A program made the position numbers and the translations under genes. A DNA stretch of 64,000 nt, from positions 256,001 to 320,000 of the forward strand of contig JAXGPF010000006.1 in NCBI GenBank assembly GCA_040767085.1, read 5' to 3'. The stretch is from Kiritimatiellia bacterium. GTDB lineage: Bacteria; Verrucomicrobiota; Kiritimatiellia; JAAZAB01. Below are positions 16,924 through 26,815 of the stretch, in pieces (the stretch's first letter is position 1; every line of letters begins with the position of its first letter). The notes under the pieces were generated by a model. It was not told where the DNA came from. It did not search any database and worked only from the letters and a program-made list of their open reading frames with translations.

Positions 16924-18840
16924 TCATTCCACATCCCAGGGAATATCGTAATCAATATTGCCGGCCATCTTTTCCGTGCAGGCGCCCCGCCGGAGGTTGC
17001 CCAACACGTATCGTTCCACCGCTTCCGTATCGCGGTAATGCAGCAAGCCCCGGCCCAGCATTTCGGCCTGCGCCAGCGCCAAAATCCGCCGCTCCACCTG
17101 CTCCAGGCGGCCGTATTCGGATTGCGCCGCCGCCATGTCCTTCTTCTGCAGGCAGCCGCGGATTTTCAGCCAGCCCAGGCGGTATTGCTTGCTCAGCATG
17201 GCGTAACGCAGGGTGGCCGCCGCCTGGGCAACGCGCGCGGCGTAAACCGCCCCGGCTGGTTGCGCCGCCGCGCCGGCCTGTTTCAACAAGGCTTGCAGAT
17301 GGGGCGTATCCCGGTCGAATATTTCCAGCAGCAGCTCGCTCGCATTGCTGGAATGGCGCGCGCAGGCTTTCTGCTGCAACGCGCGGTAATATGCCTGCAT
17401 CGGCTCCGCCGCCGGACCGTAAAATCGCCGGCAGTAGGCCGCCATGACGGCATCCGCCGGAAGTTCGGTGTCATAGGACGACTCGGCGGCCAGGTAAAAA
17501 TTCAATCCGTAGGTTCCGAAATCCGGCACGCCGGCCTGTGTGTAGAACCCGTCCAAGCCCAGGCTCCGGCAGAGGCGGAAATCCTCGGCGATGGTATTGT
17601 AAAAAGGGAACGGCAGGTTCATGGTGCCGTTGGTGCCCATGAAATAAGCGTGAAAATACACGCGGCCCGGAGCGATCTCGCGCCAGCGGCGCAGGATGGC
17701 CGGGTATTGGGTGTAGCGCTCCTCGAGCATTTTGTGGGGCGGCATGCTCTGATAATCCCCGGCGCGGATACCCGCCGCCAAAGGGCGGTCGTAATAGCGC
17801 TCGAACAGGGCCAGGACCGCGTCTATGTTCGGATGCAACCGGAATTGCGGGTCGTCCGGCGGCGGCAGGGTATTGGTATAAAACAGCGCGGCAAACCGCT
17901 GCCGTGGGAATCGCCGCGCCACCTTTTCCACCACGCGGTTGCAAAACGCCGCGTAAGTCAGCGACTTCACCCGGCCGGCGTAAATCCGGGGTTGCAGCGG
18001 TGAAAACCGCAGCGGCTCAAATCGTTCGCAAGCCGGGCATTCACACCAGCCGGCCGGGCCGTCATTGGCTCCCAGTCCGATAATATCCATGCCCGGGTTG
18101 GCTTCCAGGTACCGGATAATATTTTCCGCGCTGATTTCGGCGGCGGCGGGATTGGTCATGCAGATCTGGGCGCCGGCAGTTTGCGCGGGATTCACGCGCC
18201 GCCCGCCGCGCCAGGAGTATAACTCCGGCTGGGCGGCAAAATATTTTTCCGGCGGTAGCCAGTAATTGAAGGTATGCAGGCCGAACAGGAACTCCAGACC
18301 GCGTTCTTTCAAGGCGGCGATGGTGACTTCCTTTTTATGCGGCTCCACTTCGAAATGGGACAGCAGGGCGAAATTCATGCGGCGCTTGGTCAGCCAGTCA
18401 ATCACCGGCAGGTCGTCGTCCTCGGCGCGCATCCAGTCGTACCGATGCAATTGCATGCCGCGGATCAGCGTGGCCGGCTGCTTGATCACGTCCATCGCCG
18501 GGATTTCCAGCGCCGCCCGGCGGGGGACGTCGTCCACTCCCGGCGCGGCCCAGAAGCAGCCCGCATATTCCTCCAGCAGCCAGTAAACCGCATGCAAGGC
18601 CTCCAGGCGGGTATGACCGGCCAGGCTGAGGACGGCGCCATCGCAGCGGACACGGAATGCTTGCGGCGGCAGGCTGCCGTCCACCTTGATCTCAACGGTT
18701 GCCGGAGCGCCGGCGGATCGGTCAGCCGGATCAATTCCCGCGATCTGGTTGAGATAACGCGCGAATTCCCGACCGGCCAGGGCGGCTTCATCGGCACAAT
18801 TAATTCCGGCCGCCACTTGCTTGTTTTTGATCAGAAACAT
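16924..18840 (-). CDS. DUF4838 domain protein (putative glycoside hydrolase)
   Basis: GH67/GH20-like N-domain (LHAVYWLLEEYAGC.W.AP), HTFNYWLPPEKYF..PE, QICMTNP, NDG..WCECPAC, YGPAAEPM..YY. Confidence 0.78.
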   Translation of the reverse strand: MFLIKNKQVAAGINCADEAALAGREFARYLNQIAGIDPADRSAGAPATVEIKVDGSLPPQAFRVRCDGAVLSLAGHTRLEALHAVYWLLEEYAGCFWAAPGVDDVPRRAALEIPAMDVIKQPATLIRGMQLHRYDWMRAEDDDLPVIDWLTKRRMNFALLSHFEVEPHKKEVTIAALKERGLEFLFGLHTFNYWLPPEKYFAAQPELYSWRGGRRVNPAQTAGAQICMTNPAAAEISAENIIRYLEANPGMDIIGLGANDGPAGWCECPACERFEPLRFSPLQPRIYAGRVKSLTYAAFCNRVVEKVARRFPRQRFAALFYTNTLPPPDDPQFRLHPNIDAVLALFERYYDRPLAAGIRAGDYQSMPPHKMLEERYTQYPAILRRWREIAPGRVYFHAYFMGTNGTMNLPFPFYNTIAEDFRLCRSLGLDGFYTQAGVPDFGTYGLNFYLAAESSYDTELPADAVMAAYCRRFYGPAAEPMQAYYRALQQKACARHSSNASELLLEIFDRDTPHLQALLKQAGAAAQPAGAVYAARVAQAAATLRYAMLSKQYRLGWLKIRGCLQKKDMAAAQSEYGRLEQVERRILALAQAEMLGRGLLHYRDTEAVERYVLGNLRRGACTEKMAGNIDYDIPWDVE

Positions 18841-18864
18841 CCCAACCCCCGGGTTTGAGCGCCA

Positions 18865-21800
18865 TTACAGGCCGCTATTTTCAAGCTTGATGATGTTAAG
18901 TCTGCCGGCGCGGTCAAACGCGACAAAACCGTTTTCGTCCGCCGGCAAGGCCGCCAGTTTGGAGCAGGCGAGCGATGCCCGTGCCGCCAGTTGCCAGTTC
19001 GCGTCATATGCCCGCAAATCCATGTCGGTGGCGACTATCAGCAGCGGCCCGGATGCGCGCGCGCAACCGATCATGTCCACCACCGGCTGGCCGAGCGCCA
19101 TCCGGCCGAGTAATTGGCCGTCGTCCCGGTTAAACGCGCTGATGAAGCCATCCTCGCCGCCCACGAGAAAATCCTTTTTGCCGTCGCCGTTCAAGTCAAC
19201 CAGCGCCCCGGCAGTGATGGGGCGGGTGTAAAGCTGGCTCCAAAGCACGATGGAGTAGATCGCGCTGCCCTTCAGGCCGGTGTCGGTCTTATAAAACCCG
19301 AAGCCGCGCGGCCCGATGACGGACAAGCGCGGCTCTTTTTCATCCGTCAACTCGGCGGCAAAACGGCCGTCGGGAATCAAACTGCGATACGAAAATGCGC
19401 TCAACTCGCCCGAAGGGGCCATCTGGAGGATGTTGACATCCCCGGGGCCGCTGTTGTTGACCTGGTGCAGCAAGAAAGCCGCGCGTCGGCCGGCGCCATT
19501 CAGGTCCGGCTGGCTTTGCAAGACCTGGCGCACATAGCGGCCATCGAGCAGGCGATTCCCTGCGACATTGCCGGTGGGATCCAATAATGAAGCGTAGCAA
19601 TATCCGCCGGCAATCACGTATTTTTTGCCCGGGGCCGGTTCCCAGAGTCCCACGCCGGTCGGCGCCGCGCCGTACGGCCAGTTTTTGCCGCCGCTTTGGG
19701 TATCCAGTCCCTGTAAATCTTTTTCCCAAATCAGCGCGCCATCCGCCGCCAGCAATATGACTTTATAATCCTCGGAAGCCGCCATGACTTCCTGCCGGCC
19801 GTCGCCGGCAACATCGCCGGCCGCGACGCAGGAGAAAGCCCCGGCCGCTGTTTTGCGCCACAACTCGCGCCCATCGCCGCCGTAGACCTTCAGCACTCCC
19901 CGGCCCATCGCATCGCGATAGGCGGCGATGATTTCCGTCCGCCCATCGCCCTCCAGGTCCGCAACCTGGACGGAATCAATGGCGGCGCCGGCGGTTTGTT
20001 CCCCGAAAAGTTCGACTTCCTTTAAATATACATACGGGGAAGAAATTTTGAATGGCAGCGTCACCCGCAAGCCGTCCGCCATAACGCCGCCCAAATTCAT
20101 GGCGACGCAGCCCAGGACGCCGGCTTTGCCCTTGTTGTTGATTTTATACACAGGTGAATATTCAAGCGCCGCCTGCAGGGCGCGCCGGTCAGCAATAAAA
20201 CCATCCACGCTGGCTGTCAGTTGCGCCGGCGGCGAGCCCGTGCCGCAGCATTGAGCGAGGCTGCCGTAAAAATACAGGATCATTTGTTGAAGCTTGCGCG
20301 GCGCCGGCAGGGTCAGTGCGAATTCCGGCCGGGTATCCGCCGGCCAGGCCAACATGCCGCGTATGACCGGTTCCTTGGTGCCATCCACGGCCAGCGCCGG
20401 TTCCCCGGCAATTCCGGCGCTCATGAAATCCAGGCCGGGAATTTTTACCTCCACCCGGCAGGCATTGCTGTTGGCGGCATGGACCTTGAAAACAAGCTTC
20501 TGTTTTGCATCCACCGCCGGCTCGTCCGGGCCGGCCGCCGCCGGCGCCGCCGGCGCGGCGGCCTGCTTCAGGATGTCCCGGCAGCGGGCAGCCAGGCCGC
20601 CGCCATCCGTTGCCAGGGGGTTGCCTGGCGGCTCTGGCGTTGGCCATTCCCAGGTCTGCGCGGCGGCCATCAATTGCGCGGGGCCCGCGCCGGCGCAAGC
20701 CGCGCCGCTGCGCAAGTCAACCGCCATGGTCCGGGCTTCCCCGCCAGCCAGAACCTGGACTCCTTGCAAATCAAGCTGCCGGCCGTTGGATACATAAAGC
20801 TTATCGGCGGTGAACGCATAAATGCAGCCGGGATCGGCGGTGATCTTCAAGGCGTTCGGATGGCCGGTCCCAAGGCCCAGCAGCATGGGGCCGGCATCGC
20901 CGCCTTTGACCAAAACCGTATGCGCATCCACGCGCACCGGCTCATAATCCGCGTTTTCGCCCCGCCCCCGGGCATATAAAAGATTCTGAAAATCGACGAC
21001 TGCCCCCGCCGGCAAACACCCGGACCGCATCTGACGCAAAAAGAACGGGCAGGCGGAACTTTCCAGTTGCGTCCATTGTTTGGTTGACGCCGCCACGGAC
21101 GACGCGCTCTTCAAATGAAACTCGCTGGCGCCGGCGCGGGAAACCAGGCAACGGTCTTCCCGCCACTCGGCGCCATGCAACAAACGCCAGGAACAAGTGA
21201 CGACATAATTGTTGGAGGCCAGGGGAATGACATGGTCCATGATTAAAAACCAGCCCCCGGGCACCCAGGCGATGGTCCTGGTCCAGTCCACCCCCATATA
21301 ATCCGGGAGGGTGGTCCGGCTGACCGACAAATCCGCAAACCGGGCCAGGTTATCCGCGCGGCAGGCGAAAACGGCATTCGTCGCGGGCCGATTGACCCCA
21401 TCGCTGACAAATATGCCATTCCGGTAAAATGTCCCCTTCTCGTCGGTGTTATGAAACAGCCAGATCTGGCCGCGGTCAACATATTGCGGAATGCAATTCG
21501 CGCCGTTGCGGCTTTGCAGGCATTGCAAAAGCAGGTATTGATCATCCCGGCCGAACCCGGACCGGAAATAAATCTTATCCATAACCGATGCCGGAGGGAG
21601 GGCGGCGGGTTTCAGTGGAAAATATTTATCATAACGCCGGGCATCCAGCGGCAGGACCGTCATACCCGCCAGATATTCGGGCCGCGCCGCCGCGGAATCG
21701 TCAACCGGCTCGAAATGGCATTCATTGTCGCGCGCCTCGCCCAGCCCCAGCACATTCGGTCCGAAATACGTTTTGCCCCTGTGGCAAACATCAAAATTGT

Positions 21801-23265
21801 TTTTCAGCCAGGCGAAGCGCGGATCGTCGTAGACATAGTTCAGCAAGTTGCACTGGTAGCGCAGGCCGTGGCTGGCATCATACATGGATTCCGGCGCGCC
21901 TTCCTGGTAATCCACCAGGCCGCAGGCAAATCCCAGCGGGTTGAAATAATTCAGGAAAAATAAAAATCCCTGGCGCGCCATGCCGGACCGGAAATAGCCA
22001 TCATGGCCGGATAATAACGACCAGCGCAGGAACATCTCCGCCGTGTCCTGGCTGCTATAGCGGTCGTCATCGCCGCGGCTGCCGGTCACGGCAAACTTGA
22101 ACGTGTCGTCCGCATAACCGCGCCATTGGCCGGCAATCTGCCGCAACTCAGGCGAATCGGGGAAATTGCGTAGAATGTAATCGGCCGCGATATAGGCGCT
22201 CATCCAGCGCGCCGTGTGGTGGCGGCCGCCGCCGGATTGCTGCGGGGCGTAAAGCTGGCAGCCCGGAGCCCGAAACGCCGTTTCCACCATCCGGCGCGAA
22301 ATCCTGTGCAATTCCGGCTCGGTGAAAACGCCGGCCTCCTCCATGATATCCCAGGAGCGGAAAAACCGCTCGAAACGGTAGTGGCTGACCGAGTATGGCC
22401 CGTCGCCGTAATGCTCGTCAATGCAGAGCATGATCTTGCGCGCGCTTTCCGCCCAGCGCCGGTCGCCGGTCCAGTGATACCGGAACGCCGCCAGGGCGAA
22501 ACCATCCACGGGCTCGCGGTGAATGTTGGCGGTGATTTGCGCATAATCCACCGTGTAACTTGCGGCTTTTTCCGCCAGACCGTCGAGGATCGGCTGCATC
22601 CTCCCGCCCGGGCTGACCAGGAGCAAATGGGGAATGGCGGCATGCCCACCCGCTATGGCCGGCAGCGTTTCCAGGAACGCCGCCACTGCCCCCGCGATTC
22701 CCGCGGGCGCCGATGCGCCGATGATGATGACGTTCTTGCCGGTGCCCCAGGGATTGGCAATGGAACGCACCACATGGCCGCCGCCGCCCGGGTAAGCGCC
22801 ATCCACCCCGCACCAAAAGCCTGCGTAGAGGGGCAGGATGGCCCGGTTATTCCAGACATTGCCTACCAGGATCAGGTTCCGGCGCTGGTATTCCGGCAAA
22901 ATCGGCGACAAGTGCCGCGGGCAGAGTGCTTCATCCGTCAGCAGGGGAATTGCGACGCCGTACCTGGCTTGCATGGCTGCCGCCAGTTCGCGCGCGGCGC
23001 GGGCGTAATCCGGCGCGGCGGCGGGATAGACAATCGCGCAATCCGCCCGGCCGTCCGCGACCAGCGCCGTATCCGGATACAGCCTGGGCGCGGGGATGGC
23101 GGGAATGTTTTCCGCCAGGCCGCCGGCCGCCGACAGGCACGCCCACAGAAGCAGCGCGCTCCAAATGTATCCGCGTTTAACTTGCCGCGGCGCGGCGCGA
23201 AACATCGGAGGCCGGCGTCTCCAAGCCGTCCAGCCGGCGCTGGTCAACACATCCTTGTAGCGCAT
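18865..23265 (-). CDS. Large secreted multidomain protein: heparinase II/III-like core plus C-terminal FG-GAP beta-propeller
   Basis: Hydrophobic signal region, DKIYFRSGFGRDDQYLLL heparinase-like strand, ADLEGDGRTEII / GDVAGDGRQEV / DLNGDGKKDF repeats; true start may be downstream (about 23205). Confidence 0.6.
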   Translation of the reverse strand: MRYKDVLTSAGWTAWRRRPPMFRAAPRQVKRGYIWSALLLWACLSAAGGLAENIPAIPAPRLYPDTALVADGRADCAIVYPAAAPDYARAARELAAAMQARYGVAIPLLTDEALCPRHLSPILPEYQRRNLILVGNVWNNRAILPLYAGFWCGVDGAYPGGGGHVVRSIANPWGTGKNVIIIGASAPAGIAGAVAAFLETLPAIAGGHAAIPHLLLVSPGGRMQPILDGLAEKAASYTVDYAQITANIHREPVDGFALAAFRYHWTGDRRWAESARKIMLCIDEHYGDGPYSVSHYRFERFFRSWDIMEEAGVFTEPELHRISRRMVETAFRAPGCQLYAPQQSGGGRHHTARWMSAYIAADYILRNFPDSPELRQIAGQWRGYADDTFKFAVTGSRGDDDRYSSQDTAEMFLRWSLLSGHDGYFRSGMARQGFLFFLNYFNPLGFACGLVDYQEGAPESMYDASHGLRYQCNLLNYVYDDPRFAWLKNNFDVCHRGKTYFGPNVLGLGEARDNECHFEPVDDSAAARPEYLAGMTVLPLDARRYDKYFPLKPAALPPASVMDKIYFRSGFGRDDQYLLLQCLQSRNGANCIPQYVDRGQIWLFHNTDEKGTFYRNGIFVSDGVNRPATNAVFACRADNLARFADLSVSRTTLPDYMGVDWTRTIAWVPGGWFLIMDHVIPLASNNYVVTCSWRLLHGAEWREDRCLVSRAGASEFHLKSASSVAASTKQWTQLESSACPFFLRQMRSGCLPAGAVVDFQNLLYARGRGENADYEPVRVDAHTVLVKGGDAGPMLLGLGTGHPNALKITADPGCIYAFTADKLYVSNGRQLDLQGVQVLAGGEARTMAVDLRSGAACAGAGPAQLMAAAQTWEWPTPEPPGNPLATDGGGLAARCRDILKQAAAPAAPAAAGPDEPAVDAKQKLVFKVHAANSNACRVEVKIPGLDFMSAGIAGEPALAVDGTKEPVIRGMLAWPADTRPEFALTLPAPRKLQQMILYFYGSLAQCCGTGSPPAQLTASVDGFIADRRALQAALEYSPVYKINNKGKAGVLGCVAMNLGGVMADGLRVTLPFKISSPYVYLKEVELFGEQTAGAAIDSVQVADLEGDGRTEIIAAYRDAMGRGVLKVYGGDGRELWRKTAAGAFSCVAAGDVAGDGRQEVMAASEDYKVILLAADGALIWEKDLQGLDTQSGGKNWPYGAAPTGVGLWEPAPGKKYVIAGGYCYASLLDPTGNVAGNRLLDGRYVRQVLQSQPDLNGAGRRAAFLLHQVNNSGPGDVNILQMAPSGELSAFSYRSLIPDGRFAAELTDEKEPRLSVIGPRGFGFYKTDTGLKGSAIYSIVLWSQLYTRPITAGALVDLNGDGKKDFLVGGEDGFISAFNRDDGQLLGRMALGQPVVDMIGCARASGPLLIVATDMDLRAYDANWQLAARASLACSKLAALPADENGFVAFDRAGRLNIIKLENSGL

Positions 23266-23298
23266 TCTGACTCCTGACTGATACTGAATACTATCATA

Positions 23299-24321
23299 CT
23301 ATCCCTCTCGGGCAATCTGGTCGCATAATGCCAGCGATTTGCATGCGTCCGCGAAATTGCAATGCGGCTCCTGGCCGCTGTGGACGCAGTTGATGAAATA
23401 ACGGTCGGCATACGCGAACCCGTTAAATGCCACAAATTCGGCGCCGTCGAGATAGGAGCGGTTGGAGGGCATTTCCCGGTCCACGTATACGGCCGGCTTT
23501 TCTCCGGGCCGGTAAATCACGGCGCGCATTTTTTTGTCGCCCAAAGCGCCCTCCGGATCCGTTTCCATGACGGCGGTAATTCCCGGGCCGTGAATCTGCC
23601 ACATCTGCAGACGTTCGCCCGCGCGCACATTCCCGCTGAACATACCCGTTACCTGGTTGTCGAAGCGGACCAGCGCGTGATAGGCCGTGGTTTGACCGTC
23701 GCCCGCCGCGCGGCCGCCGGCGGCATGGCAGGCGGCGGCTTCGCCCCCAGCCAGGAAGCGCATCAAGTCCACGGCATGGATCATCTCGGAATGCAGAGGC
23801 GCCAGCCCGCCTGATTTAAGCCCCGGGAAAGCCTTGTAATACTGGCAGACGACGTGCGACACCGGCCCCTGCCGGCGCACCACGTCCAGGCAAAACGTGA
23901 CCAACGGGTTAAAACGCCGGTTAACGCTGACCATGGTGATGCAGCCTTGCCGTTGCGCTTTGTCCGCCAGGGGCCGGGCTTCCGCCAGCGTCATGGCCAG
24001 CGGCTTTTCCACCAGCACCGCCCGGCCTTGATCCAGCATTTCGTTGACAATCTGAAAATAAATGTCCGGCCGGTAATGCCCGTGCGGGTATTGCGCCATC
24101 AGCACCAGCACTGCCCGGGGATTTTCGATCTCGAGCATTTTGCGGTAATCCGTGTACCGCCGGGCCGGAGGAATACGCGCGGCATCGCCGGCCCGCGCCA
24201 GCAGTTCCGGGTTGATATCGCAAATACTCAACTCCACATCCGGAAATTTTGACAGGCCGGGCAAGTGATAGTCCCGCCCGGCATGTCCTGTTCCTATGAC
24301 CGCCGTTTTGATTTTTTCCAT
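23299..24321 (-). CDS. Gfo/Idh/MocA family oxidoreductase
   Basis: VIGTGHAG, VEKPLA, NRRFNP, IHAVD. Confidence 0.88.
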   Translation of the reverse strand: MEKIKTAVIGTGHAGRDYHLPGLSKFPDVELSICDINPELLARAGDAARIPPARRYTDYRKMLEIENPRAVLVLMAQYPHGHYRPDIYFQIVNEMLDQGRAVLVEKPLAMTLAEARPLADKAQRQGCITMVSVNRRFNPLVTFCLDVVRRQGPVSHVVCQYYKAFPGLKSGGLAPLHSEMIHAVDLMRFLAGGEAAACHAAGGRAAGDGQTTAYHALVRFDNQVTGMFSGNVRAGERLQMWQIHGPGITAVMETDPEGALGDKKMRAVIYRPGEKPAVYVDREMPSNRSYLDGAEFVAFNGFAYADRYFINCVHSGQEPHCNFADACKSLALCDQIAREG

Positions 24322-24342
24322 GCTCATTCCTGGGTTAGCCAA

Positions 24343-25743
24343 TCAGTCCGGGTTGGCCGCCGCCGCGGCCAGATTGTCGCAAAATTCCGCGGCGCTTTGC
24401 ATGCCGTTAACGAACAGCATGGTTTCATCCGCCGCCACCCTTTCACGGCGATCGCCCAACAGTAATTCCGGGAAACATGCGGTCCCGGTAAGATTCTCAT
24501 GTAGTTTATAATTTCCCGGCGTTGCGGGGATGGCGGATTCCGCCAGGCCGGCGCGCGCGGGGATTGGCCCGCCTTGCGCGGCAATATAATCCTGGGCTGC
24601 CGCACTCAGACAGAAATCCAGGAAGGCCGCCGCGGCGTCGAGGTTGGTCGTCTGGCGGGCAATCGCCAGGCCGTCCGCCAGCAGCAGGCTGGCCGGCCGG
24701 CGGCAGCGGGGAAAGGGCGCCACATCCCAATCAAACTGGAGCCGCGGCCGCAGGGTTGCCATGGTATGATAGCTGATCAGGGTCATGGCCGCCTTGCCGC
24801 GCACAAACAACCGGTAAGGATCCGCCACGCCGTGCAGCGGCGCGCAGATTTTCCGCTCCACCATCTCCCGCAGGCCAAGCAGTCCGGCCAGCGCCCCCGG
24901 CGCGGCCAGGCCGAACGTGCCGCGCGCCGCGTCCCACAGCCTTCCGCCATGGCTGTAAACAAACATCATCCAACGATTGCTGAGATTGGGGCACAGAAAT
25001 CCGTATTGCGGCATGCCCGGCGCGCCGCGTACCGGTCGCGCCAGCCGCTCCGCCAACGCCTGGAAGTCCGACAGTGACCAACCGGCTTCCGGTTCCCGCG
25101 CGCCGGCCGCGCGCCACAACTCGCGGTTATAGGCCACAACCACCGGCCCGAAGGCCAGCGGCACGCCATAGCGGGTTTTATTGACGCGGAACGCCGCCCA
25201 GGGCGCGGCATGAGTCATCGCCGCGTATTTGCGCCCGAGCCCGTTCAACGACATGAAATGCGCCGGCGCGTCGAATCCCTGAAACAAGGAGGCCGAAATA
25301 CGGACGAGGTCCACCCGGCCTTCCGCCAGCATCTGCCGGACAATCTCGCAATAGCCATGGATGGGCAGCGCTACCCGCTGCAGCCGCACCGCAGGGCAGG
25401 CGCATTCGAACCGGTCCAGCAGCGCGGCGAATGAATACTTATTTTCTTCAAAATATGCCAGCGTCAGGACTTGTTGGGCGCGCTTGGCGGCAAATGTGCC
25501 ATGGCGCGGCCGGCGGAAGACCGCGCCTTCCCGGCGCAGCAAATCCATGGCGCGGCGGGCAATCGCGCGGCTCACGCCGAACCGGGCGGCCAACTGATAT
25601 TCCGTCGGCAACCGGGCGCCGGCATCGGCGCGCTGGAGATAAAGCCGCCGGATGGCGGCGCTGACCTGCTCGGCCAGGGGGGCCTTCCCGCTCCAATCCA
25701 ACGCGACGCCGGAGATGCGCAAGCCGGAATTTGATTTGGTCAT
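24343..25743 (-). CDS. GntR-family wHTH regulator fused to an ABC-type solute-binding domain
   Basis: RLPTEYQLAARFGVSRAIARRAMDLL..G..GTF followed by an SBP-like region (YGVP..VAYNRELW..AG, LFVRGKAAM, FDWDVAPFP, AAAFLDF). Confidence 0.85.
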   Translation of the reverse strand: MTKSNSGLRISGVALDWSGKAPLAEQVSAAIRRLYLQRADAGARLPTEYQLAARFGVSRAIARRAMDLLRREGAVFRRPRHGTFAAKRAQQVLTLAYFEENKYSFAALLDRFECACPAVRLQRVALPIHGYCEIVRQMLAEGRVDLVRISASLFQGFDAPAHFMSLNGLGRKYAAMTHAAPWAAFRVNKTRYGVPLAFGPVVVAYNRELWRAAGAREPEAGWSLSDFQALAERLARPVRGAPGMPQYGFLCPNLSNRWMMFVYSHGGRLWDAARGTFGLAAPGALAGLLGLREMVERKICAPLHGVADPYRLFVRGKAAMTLISYHTMATLRPRLQFDWDVAPFPRCRRPASLLLADGLAIARQTTNLDAAAAFLDFCLSAAAQDYIAAQGGPIPARAGLAESAIPATPGNYKLHENLTGTACFPELLLGDRRERVAADETMLFVNGMQSAAEFCDNLAAAAANPD

Positions 25744-25751
25744 TTGGCCAT

Positions 25752-25780
25752 AAAATAAAACGGCAATAGGCTTTTGTCAA
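25752..25780 (-). promoter_or_regulatory. Candidate sigma70 promoter for the GntR-SBP operon (near-leaderless)
   Basis: Minus strand TTGACA-N17-TATTTT ending 8 nt before ATG 25743; no SD. Confidence 0.6.
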
Positions 25781-25859
25781 ATGATTTTTTGATGAAGTTT
25801 TAAAGTTGCCTTGAAAAACAGCATTTGCTAGCGTCATTCAATTAAAGGTAAAGTAAAGC

Positions 25860-26654
25860 ATGAAACCTTCCATCTTCACGTCGTTTAACCGTAATATCCC
25901 TTTGGCCGAAGCGTTGGCGGCAATCCGGCAAGCCGGATTCGACACTGTGGCGATAGACGGGTATCCAGCGTATTCGGGATACAACACGCCGGCCGGACAA
26001 GCCGTGTTGCAGCGCCTGCTGGCCCGGCATGCCTTGCAGGCGGATTCCGTGCATGCCCCGTTTCCGGAAGCAGATAGTCTCTTTGCGCTGGATGAGGAAC
26101 GGCGCCGGGAGTCGGTCCGGCAGGCTAAGCTGGCGGTGGATACCGCGGCCTTGCTGAATGCCGGCGTGGTGGCGCTGCACCTGATTCCCTACGGCATCAC
26201 CGATGCGGAGCAGGAACGCCGCATGGTCGGCCAGGGACGCCGCAGCCTCGCCGAATTGGTGGATTATGCCGGCCCCAGGAACATCAAACTCGCGCTGGAA
26301 AACGGCCAGCAGCAGCCTTACGACCTGGTGCTGGAAGGCATGCTCGCGGAATTCGGCGACCCGGTCGGCCTGTGCTACGACACCGGCCATGCCAATGTGC
26401 GGGGCAATTGTTTCGACTTGCTGGAAAAATACGCGGTGCGCCTGCTGAATTTTCATATCCATGACAACTGCGGGAAAGACACGCATGCGCTGCCGGGCGA
26501 AGGCACGATTGACTGGGAAAAATTCCGGGCGGTATGCCGGCGCCACCGGTTCGCCCATAATTTACATATTGAAGCGCATCCTTCCAATTCGGCTTTCAAG
26601 GACACCGCGGAATTTCTGGCCGAAGCCCGGAAACGCGCGGAAAGTCTGATTTAG
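25860..26654 (+). CDS. Sugar phosphate isomerase/epimerase (xylose-isomerase-like TIM barrel)
   Basis: SVHAPF, LALEN, CYDTGHAN, FHIHDN..DTHALPGEGTIDW, IE. Confidence 0.88.
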   Translation: MKPSIFTSFNRNIPLAEALAAIRQAGFDTVAIDGYPAYSGYNTPAGQAVLQRLLARHALQADSVHAPFPEADSLFALDEERRRESVRQAKLAVDTAALLNAGVVALHLIPYGITDAEQERRMVGQGRRSLAELVDYAGPRNIKLALENGQQQPYDLVLEGMLAEFGDPVGLCYDTGHANVRGNCFDLLEKYAVRLLNFHIHDNCGKDTHALPGEGTIDWEKFRAVCRRHRFAHNLHIEAHPSNSAFKDTAEFLAEARKRAESLI

Positions 26655-26815
26655 AATTCTTTTGCCATGCCGGGAGCCGCCCTTGCAGTCCGCGAGCACA
26701 CGTCGTTTATAGGGCATGGTGACAGCCCGTTGGCTCTGCTGGCCTTGGATTTCCTGGCGCACCGCCGCTTGTCATAAGGCCGCGCGCCCGCATTCGCGCC
26801 CATCCAGGAAAGATT

